Below the pieces are notes generated by a model. It was not told the origin of the DNA. It made no database searches and saw only the letters and a list, made by a program, of their open reading frames with translations. 64,000 bases of DNA from Candidatus Poriferihabitaceae bacterium (GTDB lineage: Bacteria > Pseudomonadota > Gammaproteobacteria > Arenicellales > Poriferihabitantaceae), in contig OZ253546.1 in assembly GCA_965262585.1 (NCBI GenBank), positions 1,930,547 through 1,994,546 of the forward strand. Reading direction: 5' to 3'. Positions 56,782-64,000 of this stretch are shown here, piece after piece (positions within the stretch are counted from its first letter, which is position 1; the number at the start of each line of letters is the position of its first letter). The translations under genes were made by a program, and so were the position numbers.

Positions 56782-56866
56782 ACTGGCATCCGCCAACCGG
56801 GATTAGGTATAATTCCCGCAACACAACAGCGCAATCTATGCCTTACCCAACACTCGAGAAAATTCC

Positions 56867-58804
56867 ATGTTAACGCAAATTCGAGAACGGGCCACAGGCT
56901 GGCTGGCCTGGGTGATCGTCGTTTTGATTACCATCCCATTCGCACTGTGGGGAATCCAGTCGTACTTCGAGAATTCCTCGGGCGCCCCGGTGGCGACCGT
57001 GAACGGCGAAGAAATCCCCCTGTACGATTTTCAGAACGAACTGTCTCGGCAGCGTCGGATACCCGTCCCGCAGGCTGACGGTAGTCTGAAGATGGGGGGG
57101 CCGGATGATCCCGCCATGCGCGCCGAGGTGGTCGAATCGATGATTAGAAACCGGCTGGTAACCCAATACGTGCGCGAGCACAATTACCGCCTCTCCGACG
57201 ACGGACTCAAACAGCGCATCGAAAGCGAATCGTCGTTTTTGCGAGACGGCAAGTTTGATCCGGCCCTATACCGCGACCTGCTGCGATCCAACGGGCTCAC
57301 CCCCCAATCCTACGAAGCCACCACGCGGCAAAACGCAGCCGCTCAACAACTGGTCTCTTCGCTGATCGATTCATCCTTCGCAACCGAGCAGGAAATGAAC
57401 CGTCTGCTTGCCCTGCAAACGCAAACGCGAAAAACCGACTATATGATTTTGCCGGCCAACCGCTTCGAAGATGAAATCGACATCGACGATGCCGAAGCCG
57501 AACAATACTACCGCGACAATTTATCCGCCTACGAAGCACCGGCGCGTATGAAAGTGAACTACATCGAACTCAGCGTTGAAAATCTGGCGCAAGGAGTCGA
57601 GCCTTCGGACGCGGAAATCAGCGATACCTATGAACAAAGTAGCGAACGCTACAAGCACGCCGAGATCCGCAAGGCCAGCCATATCTTGTTCAACACCGAG
57701 TCTTCCGAGAGCGACGCCGAGCGCGATGAAATCCTAGCCCGCGCCGAAGAGGTGCTGGTCGAAGCGCAGGCCGGTGCCGACTTTGCTGATTTGGCGGCGC
57801 GCCATTCCGATGATCCCGGCTCCAAAGAAAAGGGCGGCGACCTCGGCGTGGTAGCCCGCGGCCAGATGGTGCCGCCGTTTGAAGAGGCGGTGTTCGACAT
57901 GACCGATGGTGAAATCCGCGGGCCCATTGAAACCCGTTTCGGTTATCACATCATCAAGTTGACGGAGTTGACCGAAGAACAACAGAAGTCCCTGCAGGAA
58001 GTGCGCGAGGAAGTGGCCGTGGAAGCCCGACGCATTCAAGCCGAGAACCAATTCGCCGAACTGGGCGAAGCATTTCGGAATTTGGTGTTTGAGGATCCGG
58101 AGAGTCTCGCCTCGGCGGCGGATGAAATCGGGATGACCATCCAACAGAGCGACTGGTTCACCCAAAGCAGCGGCGATGGAGTGCTCGCCGAAGCGCCGGT
58201 CAGGGATGCGGCGTTTGGCGAGGACGTGCTCAACGACGACTTAAACAGCCCCGCCATCGAACTCGGATTCGACCGGATGGTGGCGGTTCGCAAGGCGGAC
58301 TACGAAGCGGCACACCCGAAGTCCTTTGAGGAAGTGCGAGACGAAATCAAACAACACCTAAAATTTCGCCAATCAAGCGAACAGACCAGGGAATTGGGGG
58401 GGAAACTGGTGGCCGATCTGAACGCCGCGCAACTCGGTTGGGACGATCTTCCGGCGCAGCAGAAACTGGAGATTGAGGCGCTGGCCGAGCGTCGAGACGA
58501 AGTGCCGGAAAATCTGGCGGCGCTGGGAGAGGCGGTGTTTTCCCTTCCCACGCCGGCCCCCGAAACGGTGGTATACAACGGCGTTTCCCTCAGCAACGGC
58601 GACTATGCAATCTACGCACTCAAAGAAGTGGCGCGGGGAACCCCGGAGGATGCCGATGAATCCCGGCGCACCGCTCTTCGAGAGCAGTTGTTGGCGCGAG
58701 ACGGCAGCGGAATGTATCAGCGGTTGCAGGATATGATCCGGCAAGGCGCGGATGTCACCATCGACCGCCAGCAGATCGAAAATCCGCCCAGTGCTTTTCA
58801 GTAA
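56867..58804 (+). CDS. ppiD: Periplasmic chaperone / peptidyl-prolyl isomerase PpiD
   Basis: N-terminal anchor WLAWVIVVLITIPFALWG. Parvulin domain (ASHILF...GGDLG...FGYHIIKL). Conserved position after hupB. Confidence 0.9.
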   Translation: MLTQIRERATGWLAWVIVVLITIPFALWGIQSYFENSSGAPVATVNGEEIPLYDFQNELSRQRRIPVPQADGSLKMGGPDDPAMRAEVVESMIRNRLVTQYVREHNYRLSDDGLKQRIESESSFLRDGKFDPALYRDLLRSNGLTPQSYEATTRQNAAAQQLVSSLIDSSFATEQEMNRLLALQTQTRKTDYMILPANRFEDEIDIDDAEAEQYYRDNLSAYEAPARMKVNYIELSVENLAQGVEPSDAEISDTYEQSSERYKHAEIRKASHILFNTESSESDAERDEILARAEEVLVEAQAGADFADLAARHSDDPGSKEKGGDLGVVARGQMVPPFEEAVFDMTDGEIRGPIETRFGYHIIKLTELTEEQQKSLQEVREEVAVEARRIQAENQFAELGEAFRNLVFEDPESLASAADEIGMTIQQSDWFTQSSGDGVLAEAPVRDAAFGEDVLNDDLNSPAIELGFDRMVAVRKADYEAAHPKSFEEVRDEIKQHLKFRQSSEQTRELGGKLVADLNAAQLGWDDLPAQQKLEIEALAERRDEVPENLAALGEAVFSLPTPAPETVVYNGVSLSNGDYAIYALKEVARGTPEDADESRRTALREQLLARDGSGMYQRLQDMIRQGADVTIDRQQIENPPSAFQ

Positions 58805-58831
58805 TTTGCCAGCGACCTTACTAACGACCTT

Positions 58832-59893
58832 TTAGGTCGCCGTTTCGCACACCGACCAGGAAATCGTCTCCCCGGCCCGCAAGGGGACGAGTTCATCCCC
58901 GTCTCCCAGCGGCCAGACATCCGCAACCCGCCAGGGTTTTTTCTCCAGCGTTAATTTTTCCCGGTTGCGCTCGAGGCCGTAAAAGTCGGCGCCATAATGA
59001 CTGGCAAACCCTTCGAGTTTGTCCAACGCTTCCATGCCTTCGAACACCTCGGCATACAATTCCACCGCCGCATGGGCCGAATAGATTCCGGCGCAACCGC
59101 AGTCGCTCTCTTTGCTTCGCTTGCTATGGGGGGCGCTGTCGGTTCCCAGAAAAAAGGACCGGTCGCCGCCGGTGGCAGCCACCAGCAACGCCCGCCGGTG
59201 TCGCTCGCGTTTGAGCACCGGCAGGCAATAGGTATGCGGACGGATCCCGCCGCGAAACATCTCGTTGCGGTTGAACATCAGGTGATGCGCCGTCAGAGTC
59301 GCCGCGACCTTGTCCCCCGCTTGTTGGACAAATTGTACGCCCTGCTCGGTGGTCACATGTTCAAGGACGATCTTGAGTTCCGGGAGTTCCCGTTGCAAAG
59401 GATCGAGAACCTGTTCGATGAACACCGCCTCGCGGTCGAACACATCGACTTGGGGATCGGTTACTTCCCCATGCACCTGCAGCACCACGCCGTGTTCCGC
59501 CATGGCTTCGAGCACGGGCATCACCTTGCTGATTCGAGTTACCCCATGCTGCGAGTTAGTGGTGGCGCCGGCGGGATAGAGTTTGAAGGCGATGATGCGC
59601 GCTTGCTGCGCGGCCTCGCGCACTTCATCACGGCGAGTGTAGTCGGTCAAGTATAGCGACAGCAGCGGACAAAACGCGGTGTCGGGCGGCAACGCCGCCA
59701 TGATCTCGGCGCGGTAGTCCAATGCCTGAGCGACGGTGACGATGGGCGGCGACAGGTTGGGCATCACCCCGGCGCGACCAAAGCGAGCGGCGGTGTGCCG
59801 CACCACGGCGGCCATGATCCCGCCCCTGCGCAGGTGTACATGCCAGTCATCGGGCCGGGTGATGGTCAGACTTGCGTTGATTGTTTTGCCCAT
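58832..59893 (-). CDS. pyrC: Dihydroorotase (homodimeric type)
   Basis: RPDDWHVHLR metal site, MPNL, KLYPAGATTNS, and FLGTDSAPH. Confidence 0.9.
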   Translation of the reverse strand: MGKTINASLTITRPDDWHVHLRRGGIMAAVVRHTAARFGRAGVMPNLSPPIVTVAQALDYRAEIMAALPPDTAFCPLLSLYLTDYTRRDEVREAAQQARIIAFKLYPAGATTNSQHGVTRISKVMPVLEAMAEHGVVLQVHGEVTDPQVDVFDREAVFIEQVLDPLQRELPELKIVLEHVTTEQGVQFVQQAGDKVAATLTAHHLMFNRNEMFRGGIRPHTYCLPVLKRERHRRALLVAATGGDRSFFLGTDSAPHSKRSKESDCGCAGIYSAHAAVELYAEVFEGMEALDKLEGFASHYGADFYGLERNREKLTLEKKPWRVADVWPLGDGDELVPLRAGETISWSVCETAT

Positions 59894-59908
59894 GGTCGCA
59901 TTATAGTT

Positions 59909-62122
59909 TTAAAACATATCCATGGGATCTACATCGATAGACCATCTCGCCCGCCGGGATCTTGGATCGTTTTCCATGGATTGGAGCCATCCGCGCAGCA
60001 GGTGGTGTAATTGGCGGCGATGGCCGCTGCGCACCATCAACTGGGCGCGGTAGCGGCCGGCCAGTTTTTCCATGGGGGAAATCACCGCATCCATGATTTG
60101 CACCTGATCGAAAGCGCCCTGATTGAGCATTCGCTTTCCCACCTCGGCGGTGTGCCGAAGAAATTTCAGCGCGGCGGTTTGTAGCGTGGATTCGGCACGC
60201 CACAACGCGATGTGGCTGAACGGCGGGTAATGGGCGGCGCGCCGCTCGGCAAGACAATGGTTTGCAAAACGCTCAAAATCATGTTGGCGCAGGTATTGCA
60301 AGGTTTGGTTGTCCGGGTGCGCGCTCTGGATCAGCACTTCCCCCGGCGTCTGATGGCGTCCGGCACGCCCCGATACCTGCATCAACTGCTGGAACAAGTA
60401 TTCCGGGGCGCGAAAATCGATGCTGTATAAACCCTGATCGGAGTTCACCACCCCCACCAGCGTGACCCCGGAAAAATCGTGGCCCTTGGCGATCAACTGA
60501 GTGCCGATGATGATGTCCGTTTCACCGTTGCGGATGGCTTCGAGTTCTAGTTCCAGTTGATGTTGGCTGGTAATCCGGTCGCGGTCGAGGCGACAGATAC
60601 GCGCTTCGGGAAATTTTTCCCGGAGACATTGCTCCAGCCGTTGGGTGCCGGCACCGGCCAGAAAAAGTCGCTCCCCGCAAGAACCGCACACCATCTCGGC
60701 GATGCCGCTGCGCCCGCAGTGGTGGCAACGAAATTGTTCGGTATCCCGGTGGTAGGTGAGGCGTGCATCGCAGCGATCGCAAGCCGCCTGCCAGCCGCAA
60801 TGGTGGCATTGGGCAACGGGCGCAAATCCGCGCCGGTTGAGGAACACGATGGACTGCTCGCCGTTGCCCAGCCGTTGTTGGATGGCCTGCAGCAGGGGCA
60901 TGGAGAAGCCGTCAAAGGGGCGGTGTTTCCTGAGGTCGATGAACTCGATTCGCGGCAGGGTGGCGGTGCCGGTGCGGCTTTCGAGAACCAGCAGTTGGTG
61001 TTTGCCGCGCTGTGCGTTGTGGCGGGTTTCCATTGACGGCGTGGCCGAGCCGAGCACCACCGGAATATTTTCCAAACTGGCGCGCTTTATCGCCAGATCC
61101 CGCGCGTGGTAGCGGAAGCCGTCCTGCTGCTTATAGGAAATATCGTGTTCTTCGTCCACCACAATCAGGCCCGGGAATTTGAGCGGCGTGAAGACCGCCG
61201 AGCGAGTGCCGAGCACGGCCACCGCATGGCCTTCCCGCGCCAGCCACCAAGCGCGGTAGCGTTCGCCGCCGGACAACGCTGAGTGCAACACGCACACCCC
61301 GTCTCCCAACCGCTCCCGCACCCGCGATACCAGTTGCGGCGTGAGGGCGATCTCCGGCACCAGTATCAGCACCTGCGCGCCACCGGCGATGCAATGTTGC
61401 GCCGCCTCCAGATAGACCTCGGTTTTGCCGCTGCCGGTGATGCCGTGCAGCAGGAATGAACCGAAGCGCCCGGCGCATCCGGCGATGGCCTCCACCGCCT
61501 GTTGCTGTTGCGGGTTGAGTTTCACCGGGCTGGGAGATGGGGGCATTGCCGGGGCTGCCGCCGCCGGGCGCAGGGCGGTTTCAATCAGCCCTTTTTCCCG
61601 CAGACGCCGCAACGCATCGCCGCCGGCCGGGAATAGTTTGGCGAGTGCCGCACCATCCACCCAGCCGGCCCCGACAAGGTGGCGGTAGATGCGTGCTTGC
61701 AAGGGCGCGCGGCTGAGGGAACGGTGGGTTTCGGACTCCCCGGAAGGTTGGTCGAGGGCGCAAATAAACCGACTGCTGGTCGGGTCGGCGAGGGATTTGC
61801 CTTTGCGCAGGGCTGCCGGCAGGGCGGTTTGCAACGCCTCGCCCAGCGGATGATGATAGTAATCCGCCGCCCAGATCAGCAAATCCAGCAGGGGTTCGCC
61901 AAACACGTTTTCCCCATCCAGCACCTCGCCGATAGACTTCAGCCGGCGCGCGCCTTCGGGCGGGTGATTGGAGACCACAACCCCGGTGGCGGTGCGGCCA
62001 CCGAAGGGCACCTTTACCCGGCTCCCCGGCGGCAGGGGATCGCCGTCCCAGCGATAGTCGAACAAGCGTCTGAGCGGCACCGGAACGGCCACTTGCACCA
62101 CACGCTTTCGCTCACCGGGCAT
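59909..62122 (-). CDS. priA: Primosomal protein N' (replication restart helicase)
   Basis: Walker A GITGSGKTEVY, DEEH box, and Cys-rich insertion CHHCG...CDRC...CHHCG...CGSCG. Confidence 0.95.
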   Translation of the reverse strand: MPGERKRVVQVAVPVPLRRLFDYRWDGDPLPPGSRVKVPFGGRTATGVVVSNHPPEGARRLKSIGEVLDGENVFGEPLLDLLIWAADYYHHPLGEALQTALPAALRKGKSLADPTSSRFICALDQPSGESETHRSLSRAPLQARIYRHLVGAGWVDGAALAKLFPAGGDALRRLREKGLIETALRPAAAAPAMPPSPSPVKLNPQQQQAVEAIAGCAGRFGSFLLHGITGSGKTEVYLEAAQHCIAGGAQVLILVPEIALTPQLVSRVRERLGDGVCVLHSALSGGERYRAWWLAREGHAVAVLGTRSAVFTPLKFPGLIVVDEEHDISYKQQDGFRYHARDLAIKRASLENIPVVLGSATPSMETRHNAQRGKHQLLVLESRTGTATLPRIEFIDLRKHRPFDGFSMPLLQAIQQRLGNGEQSIVFLNRRGFAPVAQCHHCGWQAACDRCDARLTYHRDTEQFRCHHCGRSGIAEMVCGSCGERLFLAGAGTQRLEQCLREKFPEARICRLDRDRITSQHQLELELEAIRNGETDIIIGTQLIAKGHDFSGVTLVGVVNSDQGLYSIDFRAPEYLFQQLMQVSGRAGRHQTPGEVLIQSAHPDNQTLQYLRQHDFERFANHCLAERRAAHYPPFSHIALWRAESTLQTAALKFLRHTAEVGKRMLNQGAFDQVQIMDAVISPMEKLAGRYRAQLMVRSGHRRQLHHLLRGWLQSMENDPRSRRARWSIDVDPMDMF

Positions 62123-62177
62123 TGGGTCGGCGATGGAGAATGGCGTCGTTGTCGGCCCGGGGGTTACTCACAGAATC

Positions 62178-62198
62178 TGTGGATAACTCTGTGCATAA
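62178..62198 (-). promoter_or_regulatory. Two adjacent DnaA-box matches upstream of priA
   Basis: The minus strand reads TTATGCACA-gag-TTATCCACA. Both fit TTATNCACA, and one is the perfect consensus. They lie 55-75 nt upstream of the priA ATG. Confidence 0.5.
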
Positions 62199-62369
62199 AC
62201 ACTCCGGGTTTGTTGCCTCAAAATCATTTCGAGGGTCAAAGCGAGCATTGCTTAAAATTTGACCAAAATAAGAATAATATAATAAAAACAAAAGGTTATA
62301 CCTGTAAAGTAAGGCGTGAAAACAGACATGAATGCTAAAGTGCGCGAAATGTGACGGCCTCGGGAAAAA

Positions 62370-62378
62370 TGTGAATAA
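62370..62378 (-). promoter_or_regulatory. Third DnaA-box match
   Basis: The minus strand reads TTATTCACA, in the same orientation as the other two. It lies on the other side of an AT-rich tract (about 62250..62310). Confidence 0.4.
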
Positions 62379-62522
62379 CTTTTCCATCACGCAAGCCCGG
62401 CGTGCCGGTAGTGGCCGGTAGTGGCTATCTAAAAATTGGTTAATCAAGCGGTTAGATGGTTTTGTTTTGGTTGATGTAGAAACAAGCGGCGTAAATATTC
62501 CCCGCCCCGGCCACGCTTCGGA

Positions 62523-63071
62523 TCACACAATGTCCTCCACCGTCACCGAAAAATTCCCGGACTTTCGTTCCACCAGATAGCGCTCCAGAGTCAGGCGGAT
62601 GACCCGAAAAGCGATGTCCTCCCAGGGAATTTCCAGTTCCTCGAACAACCGCACCTCGAGGCTTTCCGCCCCCGCTGCGAATTGGTCCTCGCCGATGAGT
62701 TGGGCAAGGAATATTACATACACCTGATTGACATGAGGCAGGTTGTAGATGCCGTAGAGTTGTTGCCCGGCGATCTCGGCGCACGCCTCTTCTCTGGTTT
62801 CCCGGGCGGCGGCGTGCTGAATGGTTTCGCCGTTTTCCATAAAACCCGCGGGCAGCGTCCACAGCCCCTTGCGCGGCTCAATCGCCCGCCGACATAGCAA
62901 TATCCGCTCCCCCCACACCGGAATGCAACCACACACCACCTTCGGATTCTGATAATGAATCTGCCCACACGCATCACACACATGGCGGCTACGGTTGTCG
63001 CCCTCCGGTATCAACAACGAAACATTCTCGCCGCAGTGGTTGCAATGGTTAATAGACATCGAATCAGGCAT
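62523..63071 (-). CDS. NUDIX hydrolase with N-terminal zinc ribbon
   Basis: CNHCG...CDACG zinc ribbon. Nudix box GFMENGETIQHAAARETREEA. Confidence 0.85.
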   Translation of the reverse strand: MPDSMSINHCNHCGENVSLLIPEGDNRSRHVCDACGQIHYQNPKVVCGCIPVWGERILLCRRAIEPRKGLWTLPAGFMENGETIQHAAARETREEACAEIAGQQLYGIYNLPHVNQVYVIFLAQLIGEDQFAAGAESLEVRLFEELEIPWEDIAFRVIRLTLERYLVERKSGNFSVTVEDIV

Positions 63072-63224
63072 AAAGCAATCATAGCCGTTTTCAAGCGAAC
63101 GGGGTAGCCGAGTGTTATTGCGCTAGGCGCGAGGGGGGATTGGGGTTGCGCTAGGCGCGTGTGGTTAGGGGTGGTTTTGTGGGAGACGGGGGATTGTGCC
63201 GGTTTTTGGTGATGAGCGGCTACG

Positions 63225-63330
63225 CCGCACATGTCTTACTGGATTCCAGTTGCGCGGGAATGACGAATTGAAATAATTTCCCCGTCATCTCCCGTAGGGA
63301 CAGGCCCCTGTGCCTGTCCGAATCTGCGCA
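63225..63330. repeat. REP-like modules, same family as at 44790..45400 and 48545..49200
   Basis: CATGTCTTACTGGATTCCAGTTGCGCGGGAATGACG plus the hairpin GGACAGGCCCCTGTGCCTGTCC. The latter is the inverted counterpart of 49170..49191. Confidence 0.8.
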
Positions 63331-63369
63331 AGCCGCTTCCTTATGCCTTGTTTCCATAACCAGCGCCGG

Positions 63370-64000
63370 TTAGCCGATTGCCGGAACTTCTCCATGACGC
63401 CGATTGGATCGTCGGCTTGGCGGTATTGTGGTTTGGGTGGGGGTGGCCGGGCTGTGTTTTGCGATGCTTGCGGCAACCGGTGCTTTGGTCGCTCCGGCAG
63501 TTGGTGATTCAGATCGCATCACCACCGGGGCGGGAGGTGGATCGGCCGGTTGCTTGCTTTCTTGCGCCGGTTGTTGCGGTTGTTGCTGCGGCGTTGGTTT
63601 TTTATCGGCGGCGGTTGTGCGTTGGCTGGTCGGTGGTTTTTGCGCCCGCCCGCGACCGGGGCTTTCCCGTTCCTTGCGCCGTGAGCGAGACGCCGGTGGC
63701 CTTACAATAGCCTGCAACAACGCCGGTTCCACATCCCGGCGTGGCAGTGCGTGGCCGATGTTTTCCTCGATGTCCATGATGGAATACGCATAGCGTTCGC
63801 ACACAAAACTGATTGCTTCGCCACTGGCGCCGGCGCGGGCGGTGCGTCCGATGCGGTGAATGTAGTCGTCGGCGTCCTGGGGCAGGTCAAAATTGTACAC
63901 ATGGCTGACATCCGGGATGTGCAGGCCGCGCGCGGCTACATCGGTGGCCACCAACACGTTGCGTTCGCCGCGTTTGAAGGAATCGAGGAGCCGTTCCCGT
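63370..64000 (-). CDS. rhlB: ATP-dependent RNA helicase RhlB (C-terminal part; the gene continues beyond the window)
   Basis: [50 protein letters not shown] (DEAD-box motifs V and VI), plus an Arg/Pro-rich tail as in RhlB. The reading frame stays open to the window edge. Confidence 0.85.
   Translation of the reverse strand, partial: RERLLDSFKRGERNVLVATDVAARGLHIPDVSHVYNFDLPQDADDYIHRIGRTARAGASGEAISFVCERYAYSIMDIEENIGHALPRRDVEPALLQAIVRPPASRSRRKERESPGRGRAQKPPTSQRTTAADKKPTPQQQPQQPAQESKQPADPPPAPVVMRSESPTAGATKAPVAASIAKHSPATPTQTTIPPSRRSNRRHGEVPAIG

Noticed and set aside
58812-58848. Hairpin GCGACCT...AGGTCGC between ppiD and pyrC as a bidirectional terminator
   Set aside because: The loop is 15 nt, there is no clear U-tract on either strand, and the right arm lies inside the pyrC coding end. 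The evidence is too weak to list as a feature.
62170-62385. Calling this region the chromosomal origin (oriC)
   Set aside because: There are only three DnaA boxes and almost no GATC sites, I could not recognise 13-mer DUE repeats, and the usual oriC-linked genes are absent. It is kept only as a DnaA-box cluster finding.
62112-62447. 111-aa minus-strand ORF, and the tail of the 61679..62338 plus-strand ORF, in the priA upstream region
   Set aside because: There is no SD and the composition is odd. They span the AT-rich tract and the DnaA boxes. The region was treated as regulatory and non-coding, although a small gene cannot be excluded.

Overview
GC-rich, gammaproteobacterium-like chromosomal segment. 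Most of it is housekeeping: pgeF, hemX/hemY, mutM, cysteine synthase, ggt, ispB, ilvE, waaF, a split class II ribonucleotide reductase (nrdJa/nrdJb), sppA, pyruvate kinase, htpG, the conserved block tRNA cluster-tig-clpP-clpX-lon-hupB-tRNA-ppiD, then pyrC, priA and a partial rhlB. There are eight tRNA genes and no rRNA or CRISPR array. Several accessory patches interrupt this backbone. (1) A visibly AT-richer BglII/BamHI-family type II R-M pair is wedged between nrdJb and a two-domain glutaredoxin-like gene. (2) An operon encodes two ATP-grasp ligases plus an MFS permease. (3) Three tandem Sel1-repeat paralogues are present, one fused to a trypsin-like protease; each carries a duplicated relic of the neighbouring membrane-protein gene. 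(4) An IS30-family element sits inside a REP-like hairpin. (5) A GT2 plus GT-C membrane glycosyltransferase pair lies next to a secreted protein with a roughly 85-residue (Gly-Gly-Ser)n tract. (6) The most striking locus is a roughly 1000-aa He_PIG-repeat autotransporter. It has a consensus promoter, an SD and an ATG, but a G17 homopolymer splits it out of frame, which predicts a phase switch. It is bracketed by roughly 0.6-kb inverted arrays of modular REP-like hairpins and lies next to a tRNA cluster. Many long ORFs in the track are antisense shadows of real genes in this GC-rich DNA and were rejected. All functional calls rest on motif recognition by eye, not on database searches.
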